24,592 nt of DNA from Planctomycetota bacterium (lineage in GTDB: Bacteria > Planctomycetota > GCA-002687715 > DRQF01), in NCBI GenBank assembly GCA_036479435.1, contig JAZGFI010000257.1:1-24592 (forward strand). The letters run 5' to 3'. Positions 14,502 through 22,904 of this stretch are shown one piece after another. Below the pieces are notes generated by a model. The model was not told the origin of the DNA. It was given only the letters and a program-made list of their open reading frames with translations, and searched no databases. Within the stretch, counting starts at the first letter, position 1. Every line of letters begins with the position of its first letter. A program made the translations under genes and the position numbers.

Positions 14502-15305
14502 TTAGACGAAGATCACCGGTTCGGGTTCTTCGATCTCGGCGCCGCAGGAAATGAGAAGGTTGAAAAACCGCGGTGACACCACGAGTTCGGGATAAAGGCC
14601 CGGACCGTTGCCGAAGAGTTCGCTGGTCACGTTGAGGTCTTCAATGTCTTCGACGGGCAGGTCGTAATAGAGCATGGAATTCAAAAACATCCCGCCTCGG
14701 CCGCAGACCGCGCAATCTTGGTCGTTGTTCAAGAATCGCGTGGGGGGACTCACCGTCACCGGGAGTTCACGGATCGGAAATACTTGAAAGTAGGGGGCTG
14801 GGGTGGGCTCATCCTGCTCAAAAAAGAGCACTTCACGCAGGATACAGCCCGTAATACCGTCGCGAATCATCCGCGTGGCGATGTGCTCAGAGACCAAAAA
14901 CTCGCCGCGGCGGCCGCGTGCGATGTGGCTTTCCAGATCCTGGGGGGCGACCATGATGGGCCCCGTTTGCTCGGGCACGCGCATGCAGCGGCCGCAAACA
15001 TCGTCCCAGTTCCAAGTATCTGAACTGGCGGCACGGCATTCGACGTCTCGATGCGAAGGATCGAGATGGAGTGCTTTTGCGGTGCGAAGCTCTTTGCGGC
15101 TGAAATGCCGCTCGTCGCGCATAAAGAACTCGACACCGCGTTCTTCGAGGCGATCGATCAGATTTTGCGTCACCGGCGAACTGGCAATGGTGCGGACCTC
15201 GACCCAATTGCCTTTGGGGGCGGTATCACCCTCAAGCTGGCCTTCGAGCAGACCCATTTCGAAGGCGTCGCCGATTTTCAGCAAGAACACACGTTCGGTC
15301 TTCAT
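14502..15305 (-). CDS. Hypothetical protein with two CxxC motifs, resembling double-CXXCG / Imm11-like immunity proteins
   Basis: VCGRCM and DCAVCG. Repeated FLVSEHI...GITG...REV and LVVSPRF...G...EPV segments. SD-like GGGAGA upstream. Confidence 0.6.
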   Translation of the reverse strand: MKTERVFLLKIGDAFEMGLLEGQLEGDTAPKGNWVEVRTIASSPVTQNLIDRLEERGVEFFMRDERHFSRKELRTAKALHLDPSHRDVECRAASSDTWNWDDVCGRCMRVPEQTGPIMVAPQDLESHIARGRRGEFLVSEHIATRMIRDGITGCILREVLFFEQDEPTPAPYFQVFPIRELPVTVSPPTRFLNNDQDCAVCGRGGMFLNSMLYYDLPVEDIEDLNVTSELFGNGPGLYPELVVSPRFFNLLISCGAEIEEPEPVIFV

Positions 15306-15406
15306 CGTCGATTCTCCCGCTTCCCATCTATTTCTCGGCTATACCTGCCCCGGTCTTTGCGCCTTTTCGATTCGAGACTGCGGCTGGCCTCGGGTATTCT
15401 TGCGGC

Positions 15407-16294
15407 ATGCAAGGGGATCTCGCACTCGCTATCGGTATTCTGGGAGGCTCGCGACGCTCGCTTCGCGCCTTTGCGCGGCGTTTTGAGGACGAAACGACGG
15501 CGGCGTTTCAGCACTGCATGAACGCGCGTCAGGTCGGTTTGAGCTACGACGATTATTTGCACCAGGTCGCCGAAACTTCCTCCCGGTCGCTTCTGGCCGC
15601 CATGCCGAGCCGCGATTCCAGAATCGAATTGAGTCGTCATGTCCGTCGGCTCCTCGGTCGTCGCGACTTTGCGCTCGCAATCTGCATGCGGCGCGGCGCG
15701 GATGCGGCCTGGCTGCAATTCCGCGAGCGTTACGACTCTTATCTCGAGACTATCCTCATACGAAATGGGTATGCACCCGGTGAGATAGAAACTCCGCGAG
15801 AAGAACTTGTCGCCGAGATTCGCGGTGGCGATGAGGCGGACAGCCCACTTTCTAAGTGGTGGGGGCGATCGGACTTGCGGCATTGGCTGTTGTGCTACGT
15901 GCGGGAGGTTTTTCGTGGTGGGGTCCAAATGACCTCCCAGCAAGAGTCGGAGGCTCCGCGACAGCACTCGACGACTGATTTCGGCCGCGCTTTCATCAGT
16001 GTTGTCAAAGAGGAGTTTGCGGCTGGCTATGAAGAGCTAAAGGGCCACCAACGGGAGCTCGTCGAAAAGACCCTTCGCGGCGAGGCCCTATCCGATATGC
16101 CCGAAGATCTCGCCCTGCTCTCTGAGCGCCACGAGGTCATCTTGGACGAGCTGTGGTCTGGCCTCGTACGGCGAGTGAGCCGGCGTACGCAAGTTCCCAA
16201 ATCTGAAGTTGACGATCTGCTTAGAGAGACCTTCGTTGGCGAGACTGAAGCGGAGTTGGCACGCTTGGGCGAGCGGGGAGAGGCAGCGAATTGA
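15407..16294 (+). CDS. Divergent ECF-type sigma-70 factor-like protein
   Basis: GLSYDDY, DFALAICMRRGADAAWLQFRERY and SPLSKWWGRSDLRHWL resemble region 2 of the DLxLAxAC...GRSxLxxWL ECF group seen in myxobacteria and Acidobacteria. Region 4 is poorly conserved. Stop overlaps the next start (TTGA). Confidence 0.6.
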   Translation: MQGDLALAIGILGGSRRSLRAFARRFEDETTAAFQHCMNARQVGLSYDDYLHQVAETSSRSLLAAMPSRDSRIELSRHVRRLLGRRDFALAICMRRGADAAWLQFRERYDSYLETILIRNGYAPGEIETPREELVAEIRGGDEADSPLSKWWGRSDLRHWLLCYVREVFRGGVQMTSQQESEAPRQHSTTDFGRAFISVVKEEFAAGYEELKGHQRELVEKTLRGEALSDMPEDLALLSERHEVILDELWSGLVRRVSRRTQVPKSEVDDLLRETFVGETEAELARLGERGEAAN

Positions 16295-17511
16295 GCCAGG
16301 CCCGCCAAGAAGACGAGCGCCGAATTGTCATCCACCAACTTCTGCGGCGCCGCGGTATCGACGGTGACCAACGGATGGTACTCGAGCTCGACGAAGTCGC
16401 GAGCTACCTGACGCGGGCCTTGTACCCCGCTGAAGAATTGCGAGTTGAGTCGGTGGCCCTCACCAACGCCCAAGATCGGCGTCGCATTCGCCGTCTTCAG
16501 CGCGCTTTCGAGGGGCGAGTGGCTCCGGTCGTGAGAACTCGGGCTGGCACGACCCGCGCGATGGACTCCAAGGTGCATCAATTTTTCCGCCGCTACAGCG
16601 CGGCTCTCGTTGCGCTATTGGTTTTTGCGGCGGCGATCCTCATTCCTTTTTCCTTTTCGCATTGGTTTGGTGGCGAAGACCGCGTTCTCATCGAACGGGT
16701 TTTGGTCGTGTCGCGAACGGGCTCTCCGGTTTTCGTCGACCCCGAGGCTTCGAAGGAAATCAATCGTTCAGCCCAGGCTGGCAGTTGGCTCGCGAGGGGT
16801 ACTCAGCTCAGCTTGGATCGCGGTGACCGCTTGAGCCTTTTGTTTCGCGACGGTTCGCTGCGAAATTTCGACGAAGACGGCGAGTCTGATCTGCGCCTCG
16901 CGGATGAAAATCTGTCCCGCCTCTATCGACTGGCCGAGCAACTGGCGAAGCCCGTGGATCTTGACGGTGGAGCCGGTGCCGGTGCGAATCGTGATGCCGT
17001 GTTCATCAGATCTCCCCTCGGCCTTACCTACTCGACGCGGCCACGAATCACCTGGGCGGCGCCGCGAGGCATGAAGAATTTCGAGCTCATCTTGCTGAAG
17101 GAAAACGGAGAGGTCCTTTTTCGGCGGCAGGTGCCATCACGTAGTTTCAATTTTCCCCCGAGTGAACTCGATCTTCAGCCCGGTGCGACCTATATCATTA
17201 GGCTGATGCCCAAAGTCGATCATGGACGGCTCGCCGAAGCCTCAATCTTGTCTATTAGTGCCGTCGAAAGGGCGCAGATCGAAGATCGAATCAAAAAAGT
17301 CTCGAAGCTGCCGGGCGGGCCTTTGATGCAGGCCTTGACCTTGGCTGAAGCGGGACTATTGAGTGAAGCGGCGGACTTGTTTGAACGTCAGCGCGAGTAC
17401 GACGCCAACAATGTCGGCATCTTGAGAATGCTCGAGGCCTGCTACTACCGGCTGGGTTTGAAAGAATTGGCACGGCGCACTCGAGAGTTGGCCGATAAAC
17501 GTTCAGGATGA
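16291..17511 (+). CDS. Single-pass membrane protein, putative anti-sigma factor with extracytoplasmic beta-rich and TPR-like regions
   Basis: N-terminal EVASYL...EELRVE (anti-sigma-domain-like) and TM YSAALVALLVFAAAILIPFSF. FecR-like GTQLSLDRGDRLSLLFRDGS, then SP...RPRITW...LQPGATY (Ig/DUF928-like) and a C-terminal TPR-like helix pair. Confidence 0.6.
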   Translation: MSQARQEDERRIVIHQLLRRRGIDGDQRMVLELDEVASYLTRALYPAEELRVESVALTNAQDRRRIRRLQRAFEGRVAPVVRTRAGTTRAMDSKVHQFFRRYSAALVALLVFAAAILIPFSFSHWFGGEDRVLIERVLVVSRTGSPVFVDPEASKEINRSAQAGSWLARGTQLSLDRGDRLSLLFRDGSLRNFDEDGESDLRLADENLSRLYRLAEQLAKPVDLDGGAGAGANRDAVFIRSPLGLTYSTRPRITWAAPRGMKNFELILLKENGEVLFRRQVPSRSFNFPPSELDLQPGATYIIRLMPKVDHGRLAEASILSISAVERAQIEDRIKKVSKLPGGPLMQALTLAEAGLLSEAADLFERQREYDANNVGILRMLEACYYRLGLKELARRTRELADKRSG

Positions 17512-17623
17512 AAGTGTCGCGTTGTCTTCACGCTTTACAGCGACACCCTGAAGGGGTAGCTTCCGCATCAGTGAGGGAGCGAGATCACGCTGATGTGGCC
17601 GCCGAGTGGTATACGAGAGGACT

Positions 17624-18055
17624 ATGCTCACCAAGCCCAGGCTCAGCATTGACGTGCCCGCGGACGCGACTTGGCTCAAGTCCATTCGAGGATTCTTGAC
17701 ACCAATCCTGCAACGTCGATTCGAAGATGATGAAGTCCAAGCCCTGGTTTTGGCGATCGACGAAGCTTGCGCCAACATTATCAAGCATGGACAAAGTTGG
17801 ATGCGCCCCCGGGGCCGAATACTCTTGGACGTCATCGACAAGAAGAAGTTGATCGAGTTTCGAATTCTCAACTTTTGCGGTGAAAAAGATATCCCCAAAA
17901 TAAAGCCGCGCGACCTCGACGACGTCAAGCCGGGAGGTCTAGGCACTCACTTTATCAATGAAATAATGGACTCAACCGAGTTCGAACCCGACCCCAAAGT
18001 TGAAGGCCGGATGCAGCTAGTCATGTCCAAAAGTATCGGCGGGAAAAAACCATGA
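17624..18055 (+). CDS. RsbW/SpoIIAB-type anti-sigma Ser/Thr kinase (HATPase_c-like)
   Basis: LAIDEACANIIKHG (N box), GGLGTHFI (G2 box), MD and C-terminal MSK. ATG 17624 follows SD GAGAGGA. Confidence 0.9.
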   Translation: MLTKPRLSIDVPADATWLKSIRGFLTPILQRRFEDDEVQALVLAIDEACANIIKHGQSWMRPRGRILLDVIDKKKLIEFRILNFCGEKDIPKIKPRDLDDVKPGGLGTHFINEIMDSTEFEPDPKVEGRMQLVMSKSIGGKKP

Positions 18056-18360
18056 AACTCGAAGCTCAAGAAGTCGCGGACGGAATTCGGATCGTGGTTG
18101 AAGGCGACGTCGACATGGAGAGTTCGCCGAAACTTCGAGATCAGATCAAAAAGTCACTCAAGTCGAAGCCCCAGCGTTTGTCGATGAAAATGACAGATGT
18201 GCCCTATATCGATAGCTCCGGCATCGCCGTACTTATTGAGGGTATGAAATGGAGCAAGAAGAAGGGGTCGGAGTACGCTTTGGTCGCCATCAGTGACAAC
18301 GTTCGTTCTGTTCTCGAACTATCGAAACTCCTCGCAGTGTTCACGGTAGAGGAAGGCTGA
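18052..18360 (+). CDS. STAS-domain anti-sigma antagonist (RsbV/SpoIIAA-like; occupies an MlaB-like position)
   Basis: GDVDMESSPKLR, VPYIDSSGIAVL with the phospho-acceptor Ser, and VRSVLELSKL. ATGA overlap with the kinase gene. Confidence 0.92.
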   Translation: MKLEAQEVADGIRIVVEGDVDMESSPKLRDQIKKSLKSKPQRLSMKMTDVPYIDSSGIAVLIEGMKWSKKKGSEYALVAISDNVRSVLELSKLLAVFTVEEG

Positions 18361-18365
18361 GCCTC

Positions 18366-19190
18366 ATGTCGGGATTCGCGAAGGTCATCTTGAGTCCCTT
18401 TGCTGACATTGGAAGGGAACTATTGCTCCGAGTGAAAAGTCTCGGCGCGATGACGAATCTTCTCATCGACACGCTCTATTGGACGGTGATTGGACCGTTC
18501 ACCGGCAAGACTCGTTTTCGCGAAACCGTCTTTCCACTCATGTACCAGATCGGCATCAAATCACTCTTTATTTGCTGCCTGGTGACTTTGCTCGTCGGCG
18601 CGATCTTGGTGTTTCAAACGGCTGACCAGTTCGAGCGCTTCGGAGCAAAGACCCTCGTTCCGACCATGATCTGCCTTTCCATCGTCCGTGAGTTGGGTCC
18701 ACTTATGACCGCCATTGTCCTGGCGGGCCGCGTTGGCGCGGCCTTCACGGCGGGCCTTGGCAGCATGGTCATCAACGAAGAAGTGCTGGCCTTAAGAACG
18801 ATGGGGATCAATCCCGTCGGCTATCTCGTCGCACCGCGCTTCATCGCGATGTGCATCATGGTGCCCTGTCTATCGATCTACAGTTACCTGTTGGGGAACC
18901 TTGGCGGCTTTCTCGTTGGGGTGGGTTTCTACAACCTTCCGGCGGCGGCTTACATCAACAAAGTTGGCGACGCCCTCGACATGACCGACATGGTGGCGGG
19001 CGCCATCAAGTCCGTTTTCTTTGGCGCCATCATTTGCATGGTGGCCTGCCACAACGCCCTCACGGTGCGCGGCGGCCCGGAGGGGGTTGGCCGCAACACC
19101 ATGATTTCGGTGGTTAACAGCCTCGTCGCCATTATTGTTTTTGATCTTTTGTTTGGGCTATTGATGGCCCGCCACTTTTACACCGTATAG
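18366..19190 (+). CDS. mlaE: MlaE-family ABC transporter permease
   Basis: VRELGPLMTAIVLAGRVGAA, MGINPVGYLVAPR and GGPEGVGRNT motifs; multiple TM helices. Confidence 0.95.
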   Translation: MSGFAKVILSPFADIGRELLLRVKSLGAMTNLLIDTLYWTVIGPFTGKTRFRETVFPLMYQIGIKSLFICCLVTLLVGAILVFQTADQFERFGAKTLVPTMICLSIVRELGPLMTAIVLAGRVGAAFTAGLGSMVINEEVLALRTMGINPVGYLVAPRFIAMCIMVPCLSIYSYLLGNLGGFLVGVGFYNLPAAAYINKVGDALDMTDMVAGAIKSVFFGAIICMVACHNALTVRGGPEGVGRNTMISVVNSLVAIIVFDLLFGLLMARHFYTV

Positions 19191-19212
19191 TCATTAGGAG
19201 CAGCGAATTTTC

Positions 19213-20010
19213 GTGCCGATCATCGAGGTCAAAGACGTTTGCAAGGAGTTTCCGGTGGGCACTGGGTCCATCAAAGTCCTGAACGGCGTGACCTGCCATG
19301 TCGAGCGCGGCGAAACGCTTTGTATCCTCGGCGGTTCCGGTGGCGGCAAGTCGACACTGTTGAAAGTCCTCATTGGCGCTCATCCGGCTACCTCTGGTGA
19401 AGTCATTATCGACGGCACCTGTTTGACCGGGCTCAGCGAAAGAGAACTGGACGCCGTCCGCCGCAAGTTCGGCGTTCTGTTTCAGTCTGGCGCTCTTTTG
19501 AATTCCATGACGGTGGGCCAAAACATCGCCCTTCCGATTCGAACCCACACCAAGCTCGACGAAGACACCATCAATATCATGGTGAAGCTAAAACTGGAGC
19601 AAGTAGGGCTTTCCGAGGCGATCGACCGGCTGCCCAGCGAAATCAGCGGCGGCATGCAAAAGCGAGCGGGCCTCGCCCGCGCCATTGCGCTTGATCCCAA
19701 GATCGTCTTTTACGACGAGCCGTCAGCGGGCTTAGATCCGATTGCAACGACGGTGATCGATGAGCTGATCAACGACCTCAAAACAAAAATGGGCATGACG
19801 AACGTCGTTGTGACCCACGTGATGGAGAGTGTGCAGCGGATTGCCGATAAGGTCGTCATGCTGGACAAGGGAAAAGTCATTCTGTTTGGAACGCTGGATG
19901 ATCTGTTGACTTCCGAGGATCAGCGCATTCAGCGCTTTGTCCGGGGGGAAACCGAGGGCTTGGACGCTGACGGCTCGAGCGAGCGCTTTATTCAAGACCT
20001 CTTGATGTAA
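19213..20010 (+). CDS. mlaF: MlaF-family ABC transporter ATPase
   Basis: Walker A GGSGGGKST, FQSGAL, ISGGMQKRAGLARA, YDEPSAGLDP and VVTH. Confidence 0.95.
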   Translation: MPIIEVKDVCKEFPVGTGSIKVLNGVTCHVERGETLCILGGSGGGKSTLLKVLIGAHPATSGEVIIDGTCLTGLSERELDAVRRKFGVLFQSGALLNSMTVGQNIALPIRTHTKLDEDTINIMVKLKLEQVGLSEAIDRLPSEISGGMQKRAGLARAIALDPKIVFYDEPSAGLDPIATTVIDELINDLKTKMGMTNVVVTHVMESVQRIADKVVMLDKGKVILFGTLDDLLTSEDQRIQRFVRGETEGLDADGSSERFIQDLLM

Positions 20011-20021
20011 AGAGATGTGAG

Positions 20022-21173
20022 ATGGGAATTCGAAAATCTGAGGTCTTGACGGGCCTCTTCGCGTTGACGGTCGTCGCCATCGGCGTGATCCTCATCACTA
20101 CGGCGGATCTTGGCGGCGGCGGTGGCGAGTCCACCTGTGTCGCCACCTTCGACGATGTGAACCTGCTTGAGAACGGAGCGCGAGTTGCCGTCAATGGTCG
20201 TCCCGTGGGGAGAGTTCTCGGGATGAGGCCTGTCATTGTCGACGGCCCCGACGGAACGAAAGTCTCCAAAGTCGAAGTCGAGTTCACAGTGAGCGACGAC
20301 GTCTTCGGCGACTTGAAGTCGAGCACGATGGCTCAGGTGGGGCAAGAATCGTTGTTGGGGGCGAAGTTCATCAAGATCGTGCCGTCAACGGTCGGCGGCG
20401 AACTTGAAAAAGATGGCGACAACTACGTCATCACCACCAAGCCCTTGTTCGACATGTTTGCGACCTTGGAGAAACTCGCGGAACAAATCGACCCGATCAC
20501 CGATAACCTCAATAAAGTGCTCGTGAACCTCAACGAACAAGTGATGCCTCGCATCAGCAAGCTCCTCGATGACAACGGGCCCAAACTCGGTGACCTTTTG
20601 GACAATTCCAAGGGGCTCGTGGCCGACTCGCGCGAAATGGTCGTGGGACTTCGCACGCGCTTGACCGGCCCCAACGGATTCATGGACAACGCCGATAAGC
20701 TCACGGCCGAGCTGCAATCGCTACTCGAAGATACGAAATCTAACCTCGCCGAATTGACTAAGAGCGGCAAGAACACCATGGCCAATGTCGACCGTTTGCT
20801 GGTCAACGCCGACGAATCCCTGGCCTTACTTAGCAATCGACTGGATCAACAGACCTTGCCGAAGCTGGAGAAACTGCTGGCTACGGCTGACCGTACGGTG
20901 GCTTCAGCCAAGACGGACTTGACGCGGCTAACCGACGCTTCGATTCACACTCTCGGCAACGTCGACAACTTGGTCAGCGATCCGAATCTCTACGCGACAA
21001 TGGTGCAGGCGCGCGATGCTTTACGCGAAGTCAAACTGTTGATGCTGAGTTTGCGCTCGAACCCGGCCCAGCTGATCTTCGGTGGACCCGGCGAAATCGA
21101 AGAAGCGACTCCTGCGGCCTTCGACGCCACTAAACAACACAAAAGCGGACGAGGCCGTCGTTATGACCCTTGA
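20022..21173 (+). CDS. mlaD: MCE/MlaD-family protein with long helical C-terminal extension
   Basis: N-terminal TM anchor, MCE motifs GARVAVNGRPVGRV and SLLGAKFI, ~200 aa of helical heptads, and a PqiB-like LRSNPAQLIFG end motif. Confidence 0.9.
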   Translation: MGIRKSEVLTGLFALTVVAIGVILITTADLGGGGGESTCVATFDDVNLLENGARVAVNGRPVGRVLGMRPVIVDGPDGTKVSKVEVEFTVSDDVFGDLKSSTMAQVGQESLLGAKFIKIVPSTVGGELEKDGDNYVITTKPLFDMFATLEKLAEQIDPITDNLNKVLVNLNEQVMPRISKLLDDNGPKLGDLLDNSKGLVADSREMVVGLRTRLTGPNGFMDNADKLTAELQSLLEDTKSNLAELTKSGKNTMANVDRLLVNADESLALLSNRLDQQTLPKLEKLLATADRTVASAKTDLTRLTDASIHTLGNVDNLVSDPNLYATMVQARDALREVKLLMLSLRSNPAQLIFGGPGEIEEATPAAFDATKQHKSGRGRRYDP

Positions 21174-22152
21174 GTGCTGCCAAATTAGGTCGTCAGTGTT
21201 TTGGGCCCTAACCGTCCTTGGACTCTTTGTCATGACGAGTTGTGGCGGCGGTATTGCGAAGCCAACTCCCTTCATGGCGGGCAACCTCATGTTGGACGAA
21301 GGCAATCCTCACGGTGCGCTCGAGTCTTACGAGCGGGCTGTCGGCGAATACCCCGACGACTACCGTTTGATCTACAACATGGGATCGGCAGCGCACGATC
21401 TGTTCTTGCGCCAAGGTGACCGGTCTGCTCCCAAAGCACGGGCCTGGCACGACCGCGCCCTGCAACACTACGATCGAGTCTTGGTCTTGTCGCCCGGCAA
21501 TGCGAGAGCACTCTCCAGCCGAGCCGTCTTGATGCGTGACGGGGGAGACCTAAAAGCTGCCTTGGCCTCGTTGCAGTCCGGCGCGGCCGACGGCGAAGAG
21601 GGCAGGGTCTTGCCATTGTGGACCATGGGCACGCTTCACCGCGATGCCCAGCAACCCGAGGCTGCGATCGCGGCTTTTCGCCAAGCCTTGGACGAAAACG
21701 ACGAGCACGTCCCCTCGGTTGTGGCCTTGTCGAGCCTGCTCTCGGAACTCGGTCACAATGAAGAAGCAGAAGCGGTGGTCGAAGCGGGCTTAGAGCTGGT
21801 ACCCTTCGACTCGACTTTGCGCATGACCTCGGCGCGCCTCGGATTGGCGCGAGCCAAGGCGGCGCGCAACGACAAATCACAGTGGGTTGCTGCACGACGA
21901 AGGCTATTGCTCGCCGAACAAGCGGCACCGGGAAACTGGTGGACTTCTGATGCTTTGTCAGAGACTCACGCCGCGCTCGGTGATACTCAGAAAGCCGTTC
22001 GTGCCCTGTGGCGCGCAAGAGACCTCGCGACCGAACGCCAGTTCGCCAACGTGGGCCTTGACTTTGGGGCTTGGCAGAGGGGCGCGCAGCAGCGACTCCT
22101 CGGCCTTTACCCTCAACTCGCGAATGGCGAGCCATCTTCGATCACTCCATGA
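21163..22152 (+). CDS. TPR-repeat lipoprotein
   Basis: Hydrophobic signal ending MTSC-GGG. Several TPR-like repeats (ALESYERAV..YP, ALQHYDRVLVLSP, AIAAFRQAL, AVVEAGLELVP). ATG 21163 overlaps the MCE gene end. Confidence 0.8.
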   Translation: MTLECCQIRSSVFWALTVLGLFVMTSCGGGIAKPTPFMAGNLMLDEGNPHGALESYERAVGEYPDDYRLIYNMGSAAHDLFLRQGDRSAPKARAWHDRALQHYDRVLVLSPGNARALSSRAVLMRDGGDLKAALASLQSGAADGEEGRVLPLWTMGTLHRDAQQPEAAIAAFRQALDENDEHVPSVVALSSLLSELGHNEEAEAVVEAGLELVPFDSTLRMTSARLGLARAKAARNDKSQWVAARRRLLLAEQAAPGNWWTSDALSETHAALGDTQKAVRALWRARDLATERQFANVGLDFGAWQRGAQQRLLGLYPQLANGEPSSITP

Positions 22153-22865
22153 CCGACCAAAACCACGATGACAAGACTGAGCGCAATCTGAAGAAAGTCC
22201 AAAGCAAGACCGCTTGGGCGGAAAAAAAACGCCGTACTCTTGCAGACCTTCAACCCCAAGATCCCGCGCGGGTCCGTCTCCCTCCGGGGCAGACTTGGGC
22301 CAACCGGGGATGGCCGGTCCTCGACCTTGGCGACCAGCCCCTCATCGCGGCAAAGGACTGGCAGTTGGCGGTGGATGGCGCCGTGCAGAATCCGCTTTCG
22401 CTTACTTTCGACGACTTCATGGACCTGCCCCATGTCGAGATCGAACGCGATTTTCACTGCGTGACGACTTGGAGCACCCAGGACAACCGCTGGAGCGGCG
22501 TGCGCTTTTCCGAACTCATGGACCGCGTGCTGCCCGCCGATGACGCCACGCATGTCATGCTGACTGGTTTTGATCGTGCCCCCGATACGGGCGAGTTTTA
22601 CACCACCAACCTGACGCTTAAGGACTGTCTCGAAGACGAAGTCATGCTCGTGCACGCTTGGAATGGCGAGCCCCTTTCGCGCGAGCACGGCGGCCCGGTT
22701 AGGCTCATGGTTCCCAAGCTCTACGCTTGGAAGAGCGCGAAGTGGCTGAAGGGCATTACCCTCATGACCGCGGATGCTCCCGGCTATTGGGAAGTCCGGG
22801 GCTATTCCATGACGGCGCGCCCTTGGGACAACGATCGCTTCAGCCGCGGTCCTTCCAACTCATAG
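22149..22865 (+). CDS. Sulfite-oxidase-family molybdopterin-dependent oxidoreductase (YuiH-like), probably cytoplasmic
   Basis: RLPPGQ, WPVL, DFHCVTTWS (Mo-ligand Cys), YTTNL, EHGGPVRL, WKSAKW and GYWEVRGY. ATGA overlap with the TPR gene. No export signal. Confidence 0.92.
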   Translation: MTDQNHDDKTERNLKKVQSKTAWAEKKRRTLADLQPQDPARVRLPPGQTWANRGWPVLDLGDQPLIAAKDWQLAVDGAVQNPLSLTFDDFMDLPHVEIERDFHCVTTWSTQDNRWSGVRFSELMDRVLPADDATHVMLTGFDRAPDTGEFYTTNLTLKDCLEDEVMLVHAWNGEPLSREHGGPVRLMVPKLYAWKSAKWLKGITLMTADAPGYWEVRGYSMTARPWDNDRFSRGPSNS

Positions 22866-22904
22866 CCGGGGTTGCGGTTGCAAACCCATCATTCGGAGGA
22901 CGCC

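Noticed and set aside
21287..22135. Long antisense ORFs (for example 21287..22135, 15302..15967, 7806..8408, 13106..13738)
   Set aside because: They lie opposite well-supported genes in GC-rich DNA, and their translations carry no recognisable motifs.
22149..22260. Tat signal (KKRR) making the Mo-enzyme a periplasmic MsrP
   Set aside because: No hydrophobic h-region follows the arginines and no msrQ is adjacent.
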